From assembly GCA_963822965.1 (NCBI GenBank), contig CAWGJT010000010.1, forward strand, positions 192,001 through 256,000: 64,000 bases of DNA. Direction: 5' to 3'. Below, in pieces: positions 40,282 through 50,311 of this stretch (position 1 is the stretch's first letter; every line of letters begins with the position of its first letter). This DNA comes from an uncultured delta proteobacterium (GTDB lineage Bacteria; Myxococcota_A; UBA9160; UBA4427). Position numbers and translations under genes: made by a program. The notes beneath the pieces are model-generated. The model did no database searches. It had not been told where the DNA came from and worked only from the letters and a program-made list of their open reading frames with translations.

Positions 40282-41184
40282 ATGGCAGCACGAGCAACTT
40301 CGTCTGGAACCATCTCGTTCGGGCTCGTCTCGATTCCCATCAAGGTGTTTCCGGCGTCCAGCAGCAAGAGCGTGCGGTTCAGCATGCTGCACGCAAAGGA
40401 CAAGAGCCGCCTGAAGCAGACCTACGTCTGCAAGGCGTGCGAAGAGACCGTCGAGCGCGGTGACACGGTTCGCGGCTACGAGTACGCGCGCGACCAGTAC
40501 GTGGTCCTCGGCGACGAGGAGCTGAAGGCCCTCGAGAAGGCGAGCGATCGCACCATCGACATCGAGGAGTTCGTCCCGATCTCCAAGGTGGACCCGATCT
40601 ACTTCGAGAAGTCGAACCTGCTGGGCCCGGACAAAGGCGGTGCCAAGGCCTACCAGCTGCTTCGGGAGGCGATGGTCGAGGCCGGTCAGGTCGCCATCGG
40701 GCGCTTCCACGAGCGGGGGCGCCAGCAGCTGGTGCTGCTGCGTCCCACCGAGAAGGGGCTCGTGATGCACGGGCTCCACTACGCAGACGAGATCCGGCAC
40801 TTCGACGACATCGAGCTGGGAGACGACGTCGAGATCAAGCAGAGCGAGCTGGACCTGGCCCACCAGCTGATCGACCAGCTCTCCCGGAAGAAGTTCGAGC
40901 CCGAGAAGTACGAGGACGAGTATCGCCGCATGGTCCTCGAGGTGGTCGATCGGAAGGTGGCCGGCGAGGAGATCGTCGTGGCCCCCACCGCCGAGCCCCG
41001 GGAGCAGATCATCGATCTCGTCGCCGCGCTGAAGAAGAGCCTGGCAGAGCAGGGCGACAAGGCCGCTGGCGCCGGCGGATCCGGCGGAAGGCCGGCCCGG
41101 AAGCCGGCGAAGGCCAAGGGCAAGGCGAAGAGCGAGGGGGCCGGCAAGAAGGCCTCCCGCGGAAAGATCAAGGCGGTGAAGTAG
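40282..41184 (+). CDS. ku: Ku protein (NHEJ)
   Basis: SGTISFGLVSIPIK, VRGYEY, IDIEEFV, IIDLVAALKKSL, basic C-terminal tail. Confidence 0.96.
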   Translation: MAARATSSGTISFGLVSIPIKVFPASSSKSVRFSMLHAKDKSRLKQTYVCKACEETVERGDTVRGYEYARDQYVVLGDEELKALEKASDRTIDIEEFVPISKVDPIYFEKSNLLGPDKGGAKAYQLLREAMVEAGQVAIGRFHERGRQQLVLLRPTEKGLVMHGLHYADEIRHFDDIELGDDVEIKQSELDLAHQLIDQLSRKKFEPEKYEDEYRRMVLEVVDRKVAGEEIVVAPTAEPREQIIDLVAALKKSLAEQGDKAAGAGGSGGRPARKPAKAKGKAKSEGAGKKASRGKIKAVK

Positions 41185-41240
41185 CCGACAGTCGGACGGG
41201 GACGAACCCGTCGCGCGGTCCTGTGGGGGGTGCACGCGCA

Positions 41241-42107
41241 GTGAGCTCGATCAACCGGAATCTCTCCACCGCGGAGGCGGCACGCATCCTCGGAATGAGC
41301 GAGGCCCGCATCCGCGAGCTGGTGCGCTCGGGGCTGGGGCGGCCCGAGCGACGCGGCCGGCGCTACGCCTTCTCGTTCCAGGATCTCGTGCTGCTGCGCA
41401 CGGCCCACGAGCTCATCGGCAAGCGGGTGCCGGCGGCCCGGGTGGCTCGCTCCCTGGCAGCGCTGGTCCGCGGGCTGCCCGAGGACCGGCCTCTCTCCGG
41501 CCTGCGCATCCGGGCGGACGGCACCTGCGTCGTCGTGCAGGAGGGCGAGCTCAGCTGGAACCCCGAGACCGGCCAGACCGTGCTCGATTTCGAGGCCTCC
41601 TTCGACGTGGCCGAGCTGGAGCGGGCGACCGAGAAGGTGATCGCCCTGGGCGAGGCGCCGGGGACGAGCCCGGCCGCGCTGGCGCGGGTGGAGTTCGAGC
41701 GCGCGCTCGAGCTGGAGGACGAGGATCCCATGGCGGCCTGCACCTGCTACGGGCGCGCCATCGAGCTCGATCCCGGCCTCGTCGACGCGTACGTGAACCT
41801 CGGACGCATCGCCCACGAAGCGGGCCAGGGGCGCGAGGCGATCCGGCTCTACCGGCTCGCCCTCGAGAGAACACCGGACGACCCGGTCGTCCACTACAAC
41901 CTGGCCCTGGCCGTCGACGATACCCAGGGTGCGGCCGCCGCCGCGCCCCACTACGAGAAGGTCCTCGCGCTGGCGCCCGACTTCGCCGACGCCCACTACA
42001 ACCTGGCGGGACTGTGCGAGAAGCTCGACCGGCCCCAGGACGCCCTGCGACACTACTCCGCGTACCGGCGCCTCACCCAGGATCCGCCGGCGAGTCCGGG
42101 CGCCTGA
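41241..42107 (+). CDS. MerR-like HTH + tetratricopeptide-repeat protein
   Basis: STAEAARILGMSEARIR...YAFSFQDLVLLR; TPRs AYVNLG, VHYNLA, FADAHYNLA. Confidence 0.85.
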   Translation: MSSINRNLSTAEAARILGMSEARIRELVRSGLGRPERRGRRYAFSFQDLVLLRTAHELIGKRVPAARVARSLAALVRGLPEDRPLSGLRIRADGTCVVVQEGELSWNPETGQTVLDFEASFDVAELERATEKVIALGEAPGTSPAALARVEFERALELEDEDPMAACTCYGRAIELDPGLVDAYVNLGRIAHEAGQGREAIRLYRLALERTPDDPVVHYNLALAVDDTQGAAAAAPHYEKVLALAPDFADAHYNLAGLCEKLDRPQDALRHYSAYRRLTQDPPASPGA

Positions 42108-42129
42108 GCCGCCCGCGGGCCGGGGCTCG

Positions 42130-42777
42130 TCACTCGCGCTCGTCGGGATCCAAGCGGGTGGCGAGCTCGCGACCGGAGACGGCCCCTGCGACGCGGTGCC
42201 CCGTGAGGCGCGTGTGCGTCGGCCGGTAGTCCTCGCCTTCGGCGGGCTGGTTCTCGAGCTCGATCTCCACGCTTCCGTCCGGACGGATCTCGGTCACCGA
42301 GCTGGACACGATGCGTGCGCCCACGATGCGTGGGATGAAGGCGAAGTCCGTGTCCACCCCCGGGACCGTCGAGACCACGAGCTGGGTCCTGGTCGTGCCC
42401 GTGAGGGTGCGTCCCGCGATGTCTCCCTCCCCGTGACCGATCACGTCCGCGTGCACCGGCTCGCTCGCGTCGGGGAAGGTGGTGTCGAGCTTGAACGTGG
42501 CCGAGTAGCGGTCGCCTTCCTGCTTGAGGATCACGGTGCCCGCGATGCGCCGCTTCTGGCTGGGGCCCTCGAGGGGCCGGGTGGTTCCCTTCACCTCGTA
42601 GACTCCCGAGATGGGAGCCGGCTCGGGGGCGGCGGCGACGTCCCCCGTCTGGGGCGCCTCGGCGCTGCAACCGCCGCAGGCGAGCAGAGCGGCCGTCACC
42701 ACGCCCTGCCAGCCGTGGACTCCGGTGCGACGATCCGCGCGTCGCGTCAGGGGGAACCTTGCGAAGGAAGTTCGCAT
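42130..42777 (-). CDS. Putative lipoprotein (beta-rich)
   Basis: AALLACGGC lipobox-like segment; start uncertain. Confidence 0.65.
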   Translation of the reverse strand: MRTSFARFPLTRRADRRTGVHGWQGVVTAALLACGGCSAEAPQTGDVAAAPEPAPISGVYEVKGTTRPLEGPSQKRRIAGTVILKQEGDRYSATFKLDTTFPDASEPVHADVIGHGEGDIAGRTLTGTTRTQLVVSTVPGVDTDFAFIPRIVGARIVSSSVTEIRPDGSVEIELENQPAEGEDYRPTHTRLTGHRVAGAVSGRELATRLDPDERE

Positions 42778-43013
42778 CGGAGGCCTCCTCGATCCCGGAG
42801 TCTGTCCCGACAGCATACGCGGCCGCTTCCGACATGGGAAGGCAATCGTGTTCGGGGTGCTCGAGAACCGATCCGGGCCCGCAAGAGGGAGCTGCGGAGC
42901 CGCGACCCGGGACTTCGTCGTGGGTCGCGCTCCTGGCTGACGACTCCGCAGGACTCGCTTTCGGCGCAAGCCGACCCATCCCGGGTCGGCCTGCTAGAAT
43001 CGGCCGTCGGCTC

Positions 43014-43925
43014 ATGTGTCCGTTCCCGAATTCCTCGACAGGCCCCGGTGTCGAGGCCCTCGAGGCGTCCTTCCGGCTCGAACGGCGCCCCGCGAGAGCC
43101 TGGCGGAAGCTCGCCCGGGGGCTGGCCCGCGGAGGAGGCCTGCTGCTGGCGGTCGCCGTCGCCTCGCCGACTCACGCCGACGTGCCGCCCGGTCTCGAGC
43201 CCGCTCCCGAGGGCGTCTCGGTCGAGGCCGTCGTCCAGCGTGCCGAGGACGCGATGCGCGGTGACACGACCTACTGCGCCTGCCGCATGACGGTCTCGTC
43301 TCCGCGCCTCACCGCGCCCCGCTCCGTGTCCTTCGAGTCGTGGACCGACGTTCCGGGTCGCCGCTCGTTCATCCGCATCCATTCGCCGGCAAAGGACGCC
43401 GGCACGGGCTTCCTGAAGCTGCATCCGAACCTGTGGATGTACGTGCCCCGGGTGGAGCGCACGATCCGGGTGCCGCCTTCGATGATGCTGCAGTCGTGGA
43501 TGGGGAGCGATTTCACCAACGACGACCTGGTGCGCGAATCGAGCGAGGTGAAGGACTACGACCACGTGCTGCTCGGCGTCGACCCGGGCTCCGAGCGCAG
43601 CGGCGGCCGCCGGAGCTACGTCGTCGAGTACCGTCCCCACGAATCGGCGCCGGTCGTGTGGGCGCGCATCGTGGCCTGGATCGACGCCGAGCATTGGGCG
43701 CCGCTGTTCCAGGAATTCTACGACGAGGACGGGACGAAGGTGCGCGAGCTTCGCTTCTCCGACGTGCGCGCCGTCGGCTCGCGGTACGTGCCGCACCGCT
43801 GGAAGCTGACGCCGCTGGACAAGCCGGGGCACGAGACCGTGGTCGTGGTGGACGAGATCCGTTACGACCTGCCCATCGACGAGGACGTGTTCACGACGCG
43901 CAACCTCAAGCGGGCGTCCCGGTGA
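43014..43925 (+). CDS. Outer-membrane lipoprotein-sorting (LolA-like) periplasmic protein
   Basis: SPAKDAGTGFLK, LWMYVPRVERTIRV, SWMGSDFTNDDL, FTTRNL; start uncertain. Confidence 0.85.
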   Translation: MCPFPNSSTGPGVEALEASFRLERRPARAWRKLARGLARGGGLLLAVAVASPTHADVPPGLEPAPEGVSVEAVVQRAEDAMRGDTTYCACRMTVSSPRLTAPRSVSFESWTDVPGRRSFIRIHSPAKDAGTGFLKLHPNLWMYVPRVERTIRVPPSMMLQSWMGSDFTNDDLVRESSEVKDYDHVLLGVDPGSERSGGRRSYVVEYRPHESAPVVWARIVAWIDAEHWAPLFQEFYDEDGTKVRELRFSDVRAVGSRYVPHRWKLTPLDKPGHETVVVVDEIRYDLPIDEDVFTTRNLKRASR

Positions 43926-43938
43926 GGTCGCGGCGACG

Positions 43939-45165
43939 GTGAGCCTCGAGCGTCGTCTCGCGTGGCGCAACGTCTGGCGCAACGGGCGTCGGACGGGCCT
44001 GTGCGTGGCGGCCACGGTCTTCGCGGTGTTCCTGGTGGTGCTCTCCGTGGCGATGGCGGCGGGCACCCACGAGAAGATGATCGAGGACGGAGTTGCCCTG
44101 CACTCCGGGCACGTGGTGATCATGGGCCCGGGCTATCTGGAGGACCGCACCCTCGAGCACTTCGTCCGCCTCGACCCGGACGCGATCGCGGTCCTGGAGG
44201 GGACACCGGGGGTCCGGGGCTTCGCGCCGCGGGTCACGAGCTTCGCGCTGCTCTCGTACGGCACGGACAGCCAGGGCGCCGCGGTGATCGGCGTGGACCC
44301 CGCACGGGAGGGCACCGTCACGACGTGGCCCTCCCGCGTGAGCGAGGGCCGCTTCCTGGCGCCCGGCGGACGGCGGGAGATCGTGCTGGGCGCGGCCCTG
44401 GCCGATTCGCTCGGGGTCGCGATCGGCGACGAGCTGCTCGTCTACGGCGTCGCCTACTCCCTGGAGACGGCCTACGAGCTCTTCACCGTCGTCGGCCGGA
44501 TCGAGCTGCCGGAGTCCGACCTCGAACGGACCCTCTCGCTGGTGACGTTGACCGACGCCCAGTCGTTCTTCGTGTACGGCGACCGGCTGAGCGAGATCGC
44601 GGTCCGTCTGGGCAGCGCGGACGACGCGGATCGGGTCCGCGACGAGCTGGCGGCGCGTCTCCCGGGCGTCGACGTCCACACCTGGGACGAGCTCCTCCCC
44701 GATCTCGAGCAGCTCGTGCTGATCGACGACGTGGGCATGTACCTCACCCTCGCCATCCTCATCGTGGTCGTGGGCTTCGGAATCCTGAACACCATCTGGA
44801 TGGCGATCCTGGAGCGACGTCGGGAGCTCGGGTTGATGCTGGCCCTGGGGCTGCGGCCCGGCGCCGTCTTCCGACTGGTGTACTGGGAGTCGATCTTCAT
44901 GGCCGGCCTCGGGCTCGCCATCGGACTGGGGCTCGCCCTGCCGACGGTGCTCTACCTCGTCGGGCACCCGATCCCGCTCACCAGCGAGGCCCTCAGCGGG
45001 ACCACCGAGCTGTTCGGCATGGAGCCCATGGCGACCTTCGAGCTGAAGCCCCTGAATCCCCTGGGCTCGGCGCTCACGATCCTCGGGGTGGGCGCCCTCG
45101 CGGCCCTTCATCCGGCGTGGAAGGCGAGCCGCGGACGTCCCGCGGACGCCCTGCGGACCCTGTAG
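43939..45165 (+). CDS. ABC transporter permease (LolC/E, FtsX-like)
   Basis: LAWRNVWRNGRRT, ILNTIWMAILERRRELG.MLALG, PAWKASR. Confidence 0.92.
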   Translation: MSLERRLAWRNVWRNGRRTGLCVAATVFAVFLVVLSVAMAAGTHEKMIEDGVALHSGHVVIMGPGYLEDRTLEHFVRLDPDAIAVLEGTPGVRGFAPRVTSFALLSYGTDSQGAAVIGVDPAREGTVTTWPSRVSEGRFLAPGGRREIVLGAALADSLGVAIGDELLVYGVAYSLETAYELFTVVGRIELPESDLERTLSLVTLTDAQSFFVYGDRLSEIAVRLGSADDADRVRDELAARLPGVDVHTWDELLPDLEQLVLIDDVGMYLTLAILIVVVGFGILNTIWMAILERRRELGLMLALGLRPGAVFRLVYWESIFMAGLGLAIGLGLALPTVLYLVGHPIPLTSEALSGTTELFGMEPMATFELKPLNPLGSALTILGVGALAALHPAWKASRGRPADALRTL

Positions 45166-45201
45166 GCCGGGTCGTACGCCCGGAAGCGGAGACGCGCGGC
45201 C

Positions 45202-46416
45202 ATGATCTGGCGACTCGCATTCCGGGGCCTGTTCCGCAATCCGCGGCGAACCGCGGTGGTGCTGGCGGCGGTGGCCGTCGGCATCGCGGGCTGCTCGCTG
45301 ACGGTGGCGCTCAACACCGGTCTGGCCCTGCAGATGGTGAAGACCGCGATCGCGACGGAGCTCGGCCACCTGCAGATCCACGCGCCGGGCTACGAGGCCG
45401 ATCCCGGGCTGCGGCTGCTGCTGCCGGACGACGGGGATCGCGAAGCCCGAGCCCTCGCCGCCCAGAAGGGCATCTCGCACTTCGCGCGACGGGTGCGCGC
45501 CACGGGCCTGGTCAACTCTCCGCACGCGAGCGTCGGGGTGCGCGTGGTGGCGGTGCAGCCCGAGGCCGAGGCGCAGGTATCGAGCTACGCAGGCAACCTC
45601 GTGGCCGGTGTGTGGCGTTCGCTGGGACGCGGCCGAGTGCTGCTCGGGGTCGACCTCGCGCGGCGGCTGCGGGTCGAGCTCGGCGACAAGGTGGTGCTCT
45701 CGGTCCAGGATCTCGCCGGCGATCTCACCGGCCAGGCCTTCCGCGTGGGCGGTCTCTTCCGCACGGCCTCGCGACCGGTCAACGAGTCCACCGTGCTGAT
45801 GCGCCTCGACCTGGCCCAGGGGCTCTTCGGCCTGGGTGACGCGGTCTCGGAGATCGTCGTGCTGGCGGACGACGCGGATCGCGTCCCCGCCCTGCGGGCG
45901 GAGCTCTCGCGAGAGCTCGGCGCCGACGCGGAGGTGCGCAGCTGGGCGCAGCTGCAGCCGCTCCTCGTGTACCTGCTCGCGACCATGGACCAGATGGCGT
46001 GGGTCGTGTACGCGGGAATCTTCATCGCGATGGCGTTCGGGATCGCGAACGTGCTGCTCATGTCGATCTACGAGCGCACCCACGAGATCGGAGTGATGAT
46101 GGCGCTCGGCATGAAGCCGCGGCGCGTGGTGCTGGCGGTGATGGCCGAGTCGCTGATCGTCACCGGGGCGGGCCTCGCCGCCGGGCTGGCGGTCGGCCTC
46201 TTCGCCGTCTGGCTGCTCCGCGATGGCATCGACCTGCGGCACTTCGCGGCGGGTCTCGAGCGCTTCGGCGTGGGGTCCCGCATCGTGCCGGTGGTGCGCG
46301 CGCGAGACCTGGTGGCGCCGGTGGTAATGGCTCTCACCGCGGCGACGGTGGCCAGCGCGTGGCCCGCCCTGCGCGCCGTCTCCCTGCGCCCCGGGGAGGC
46401 GTTGCGGCATGTCTGA
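45202..46416 (+). CDS. ABC transporter permease (LolC/E, FtsX-like)
   Basis: LAFRGLFRNPRRT, IANVLLMSIYERTHEIGVMMALG, PALRAVSLRPGEALR. Confidence 0.92.
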   Translation: MIWRLAFRGLFRNPRRTAVVLAAVAVGIAGCSLTVALNTGLALQMVKTAIATELGHLQIHAPGYEADPGLRLLLPDDGDREARALAAQKGISHFARRVRATGLVNSPHASVGVRVVAVQPEAEAQVSSYAGNLVAGVWRSLGRGRVLLGVDLARRLRVELGDKVVLSVQDLAGDLTGQAFRVGGLFRTASRPVNESTVLMRLDLAQGLFGLGDAVSEIVVLADDADRVPALRAELSRELGADAEVRSWAQLQPLLVYLLATMDQMAWVVYAGIFIAMAFGIANVLLMSIYERTHEIGVMMALGMKPRRVVLAVMAESLIVTGAGLAAGLAVGLFAVWLLRDGIDLRHFAAGLERFGVGSRIVPVVRARDLVAPVVMALTAATVASAWPALRAVSLRPGEALRHV

Positions 46417-47158
46417 AGGCAGCGGAACGGCCGAGACGGGACGAGCCTCGAGCGGCGGCGCGGCCGGCCGGATCGCCGAGGCGCGCGGCGTCCGCAAGGT
46501 GTACGACACCCGGGGTGTCTCGACCCTCGCCCTCGACGGCGTGGACCTGGAAATCTGTGAGCGCGAGTTCACGGCGCTCGCGGGGCCCAGCGGATCGGGC
46601 AAGACCACCCTGCTCAACCTGCTCGGTGCGCTGGACGCCGCCACCGAGGGAAGCATCCGGATCGACGGGCAGGACCTCGCGACCCTCGCGCCGGCCGAGC
46701 TTTCGGACCTGCGGCTGCGGAAGCTCGGCTTCGTGTTCCAGGCCTACAACCTGATTCCGGTCTTCACGGCGCGGGAGAACGTGGAGTTCGTGATGGAGAT
46801 GCAGGGGGTGTCCGCCGCCGAGCGCAAGCGTCGGGCGCTGGCCGTCCTCGAGGAGGTGGGGCTCGCCGGACTGCACGACAAGCGACCCCTCGAGATGAGC
46901 GGTGGGCAGCAGCAGCGGGTGGCAGTGGCGCGCGCCATCGTCGGCCGCCCCCGGATGGTGCTGGCCGACGAGCCCACCGCGAATCTCGATTCCGAGACGG
47001 CCGCCCGTCTGCTGGAGCTGATGGGGCAGCTGAACGCCGGCTACGGGATCACCTTCCTCTTCTCCACGCACGACCCGGCGGTGATGGACGTGGCTCGGCG
47101 GATCGTGCGGCTGCACGACGGGCGCATCGTCGCCGACGAGCGGAAGGGCTCCGGGTGA
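46409..47158 (+). CDS. ABC transporter ATP-binding protein (LolD/MacB-like)
   Basis: Walker A GPSGSGKT, signature MSGGQQQRV, Walker B LADEPTANLD, STHD. Confidence 0.96.
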   Translation: MSEGSGTAETGRASSGGAAGRIAEARGVRKVYDTRGVSTLALDGVDLEICEREFTALAGPSGSGKTTLLNLLGALDAATEGSIRIDGQDLATLAPAELSDLRLRKLGFVFQAYNLIPVFTARENVEFVMEMQGVSAAERKRRALAVLEEVGLAGLHDKRPLEMSGGQQQRVAVARAIVGRPRMVLADEPTANLDSETAARLLELMGQLNAGYGITFLFSTHDPAVMDVARRIVRLHDGRIVADERKGSG

Positions 47159-48554
47159 CGGGGCAACCGCGCCTGCCGCTCCGGGTCTTGCTCTCGACCT
47201 TTCTGGCGCTCGCCTCGCCGGCGGGGGCGACGGAGCTCTGGAGCCGGGGAGACGCGCGGGTGAGCCTGTCGGGCTCGGTGCGGGAGCTGGGCCAGATCGG
47301 GGCCCAGACCGACGCGGACGCCTTCACCCGGGCGATCGCACGGGACGTGCTGGACGCAGGCCAGACCCGCTGCCTGGAGGCCGCGGGGTTCGCCGACTGT
47401 CCCGCCTTCCAGACCGTCGGTCAGAAGGACGCCTGGCAGAGTCTCACGCGGGTGCGCACACGGCTCGACGTTCAGCTCGCCCGCGGCCTGCGAGCGGTGG
47501 TCGTCTACGACAACGAGCTCTCCCTCGGCATCCTCGACACCTTCGAGGCGGGCCTCGCCACGGGCTTCCGACAGGACGATCTCGTCGACGCGGAATGGAC
47601 GATCGTCTCCGACGATCGCGCCGAGTGGCGGCACCTCTTCTACCGCGGATTCGTGCAGCTCACGCGGGGGGGCTCGATCTCACCGTCGGCCGGCAACGCA
47701 TCGCCTGGGGGGTGGGGCGGCTGTGGAACCCCATCGACCGCTTCAACGCGATTCCCCCGCTGGCGGTCCAGGCGGATCAGAGCCAGGGCATCGACAGCGT
47801 CGACGCCCGCTGGTCGTTCGACGGCTTCGACTATGTCGAGGCGGTGTACGCACCCGGGTCCGGCCGGGACGAGGCGCGCTATGCGCTGCGCTGGCACGGC
47901 GTGGTACGGGACACCGACCTCTCGTTCATGGGGGGCCTCTTCGAGGAGTCGCCGACCGCGGGCATGGACCTGGCGCGCAACCTCGGTGACGCCGCGGTGC
48001 GTCTCGAGGCCGTCTATACCGACCCGCACCAGAAGGTCTGGAAGATCGGTTGGAGCCGTCGGCGCCGGCTCGACGACTTCTTCCAGGTGGTGGCCTCCAT
48101 CGACTACACGTTCGACTGGGCGAACGGCATCTACGTGCTCGTCGAGCACCTGTACAACGGCAATGCCCTGGGCTTCGGAAGGGGGAGCGCGGGCTCCCTG
48201 CTGCCCTTGTTCGAGGCCAGCGACACGCCGCCGCCGGACGTCCCCGCCACCGTCCCCGGCCCGTACGCGGTGGCCGGGTCCGCGGCGCTGTTCGGAACGA
48301 GCCGCGTCGTGACCTCGGCCGAGCAGCAGACGGGCTTCCTGGTGGGCGGGGACATCAACCCCGAGCTGCACCTCGACGTCCTGACGATCTACGACTGGAA
48401 CGGCGAGAGCGCAGCGTTCTTCCCGTCGCTCCGCTACACGCCCTTCGGAGCGCTCGAGGTCACCGTCGGCGTCCAGACCTTCGTCGGCCCGCGCCGCTCG
48501 CAGTTCGGGGACGCCCAGACCTTCGTCTACCTGCTGGCCGACGTATTCTTCTGA
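47155..48554 (+). pseudogene. Outer-membrane beta-barrel-like protein, frameshift at G7 run 47666-47672
   Basis: Signal peptide; LTVGRQRIAWG...WNPID motif in the second frame; C-terminal YLLADVFF; adding one G restores a single ORF. Confidence 0.78.
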
Positions 48555-48571
48555 GGAACCCAACTAGGGGA

Positions 48572-48632
48572 GGGAGCCCGTCGGGCTCCCGTTGCGGCGG
48601 AACCGCGACCCGACTTCGTCTTGGGTCGCGCT
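48572..48632. terminator. Stem-loops between convergent genes (possible terminators)
   Basis: GGGAGCCC-GTC-GGGCTCCC (48572-48590) and CGCGACCCGA...TTGGGTCGCG; no clear U tract. Confidence 0.45.
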
Positions 48633-49238
48633 CTAGCGCGACAGCGACCCGCGCAGGCGCGCGAACGCCCGCGCGAAGCCGCGCAGGGGATCCCGCAGCA
48701 CGATCGGCTCGACGGCGCCGCAGCAGCCCAGACGGCGGTGCCGGCGCACGGCGGAGAGGATGGCGTCCGGCAGCCGGCTCCGGGCCATGCCGTCCCGCAC
48801 GACCTGTGCCGGGTCGCGACGGTCCACCGGGGTGAGCTCCTTGTCCTCGTCTTCGCTTCCCGTGAGCACGATCACGGGAACGCGGTGGGCGAGGGCGGAG
48901 GCCACCTCGATGCTGGCGGCGCAGTCCGGCCGCGCTTCGCTCCGGGTGAGATCCACCAGGACGGCGTCGTAGTCGCCCGCCTCCACGTGCGCGAAGGCCG
49001 CGTCGAGGCGATCGGCGGGTCGCACCTCGAAGCGGCCCTTGCGAGTGCGCTCGAGGGTCTCGCGGACCAGGGCGGCGTACTCGCCGCAGTGCTCCACGAA
49101 GACGAGGCGGACCGCGGCCTCGTCGGCGCGCAGACCTTCGGGGTCGGCGGGGCGCCGGGTGCGGTCGGGCATCGACTCACGCATCGACTCACGCATCGAC
49201 TCACGCATCGACTCACGCATCGACTCACGCATCGACAT
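48633..49238 (-). CDS. Atypical stand-alone receiver-domain protein (start ambiguous because of repeat)
   Basis: VRLVFVEH, YDAVLVDLT, PVIVLTGS resemble REC strands 1, 3 and 4. Confidence 0.65.
   Translation of the reverse strand: MSMRESMRESMRESMRESMRESMPDRTRRPADPEGLRADEAAVRLVFVEHCGEYAALVRETLERTRKGRFEVRPADRLDAAFAHVEAGDYDAVLVDLTRSEARPDCAASIEVASALAHRVPVIVLTGSEDEDKELTPVDRRDPAQVVRDGMARSRLPDAILSAVRRHRRLGCCGAVEPIVLRDPLRGFARAFARLRGSLSR
49169..49236 (-). repeat. 12-bp tandem repeat (GCATCGACTCAC on +) x5.7, encoding MRES repeats
   Basis: Units at 49169, 49181, 49193, 49205, 49217 and a partial at 49229. Confidence 0.93.
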
Positions 49239-49320
49239 GGGGGGGGTATCTCCGTCCTGGACCGGAGCAGGGCGAGGCTCCCGGGCGCCTCCGGCACCTT
49301 TCGGGGTCGGAACAACACAG

Positions 49321-49336
49321 TGTGATCTTTACTACA
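49321..49336. promoter_or_regulatory. CRP/FNR-like site in an AT-rich divergent intergenic patch
   Basis: TGTGA-TCTTTA-CTACA versus consensus TGTGA-N6-TCACA (2 mismatches). Confidence 0.35.
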
Positions 49337-49495
49337 AAAGTTGCCCCCGGGGGCCGATCTCCGCGCTGCCCCGCCACGGCGCCGGGAGCACGAGGACCGC
49401 GCTCGGGCCGCGGGCGAGGGCCGGTGAGGGGCGGGCCAGGGCCCCGGACAGCCCGTGATAGAGTGCACGCTTCCCGCCTCGCCCGAGGAGTGGCC

Positions 49496-50281
49496 GTGCC
49501 GTACTTCGATTCGAAGGGCGTCCAGATCGCCTGGGTGGAGCACGGCGCCGGACCGCCCATCGTGCTGGTGCACGGCTTCGCGGCGAGCTTCGAGCGCAAC
49601 TGGCGGGCTCCCGGCTGGGTGAAGACGCTCACCGAGGCCGGCCGCCGGGTGATCGGTCTCGACTGCCGCGGGCACGGCCGCAGCGAGAAGCTCTACGACC
49701 CCGGGGCCTATGCGGGGGATCGCATGGCCGGCGACGTGATCGGCCTGCTGGATCACCTCGGGCTCGAGCGCGTGGACCTGATGGGGTACTCGATGGGCGG
49801 GATGATCTCGACGTGGCTGCTGGCGGCGCATCCCGAGCGCTTGAACGCCGTGGTCATCGGGGGCATCGGGGGCGACGCGCGGGGAGCGCGCGACCGGGAG
49901 CGCATCGCCGACGCGCTGGACGCGGCGGAGCCGACGGCCGGGCAGGGCGAGCCCGCGGAGAGCTTCCGGCGCTTCGCCGAGGCGAGCGGCAACGATCTGC
50001 GGGCCCTGGCCGCCGTCATGCGCGCCCATCGGGAGCCGAGCGACGCGGCCGCCCTGGCCCGGGTCACCAATCCGGTGCTGATCGTGGTGGGCGCGGACGA
50101 CACGCTCATCGGCGATCCGAAGATCCTGCAGGCGCGCATTCCCGGCGCCCGTCTCGTGGTGATTCCCGGCCGCGATCATCTGACGACCGTGGGCGACCGG
50201 CGCTACAAGCAGGCGGTGGTGGAGTTCCTGGCGGAGCACGGGCTCTCCCAGGAGCGCGACCCGGGACGAAGTCCTGGGTAG
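49496..50281 (+). CDS. Alpha/beta hydrolase
   Basis: GAGGAG RBS; LVHGF, DCRGHGRS, GYSMGG, GRDH. Confidence 0.9.
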   Translation: MPYFDSKGVQIAWVEHGAGPPIVLVHGFAASFERNWRAPGWVKTLTEAGRRVIGLDCRGHGRSEKLYDPGAYAGDRMAGDVIGLLDHLGLERVDLMGYSMGGMISTWLLAAHPERLNAVVIGGIGGDARGARDRERIADALDAAEPTAGQGEPAESFRRFAEASGNDLRALAAVMRAHREPSDAAALARVTNPVLIVVGADDTLIGDPKILQARIPGARLVVIPGRDHLTTVGDRRYKQAVVEFLAEHGLSQERDPGRSPG

Positions 50282-50311
50282 GAGCGTCCGGGGCATCGAC
50301 GGGGAGGAGCC

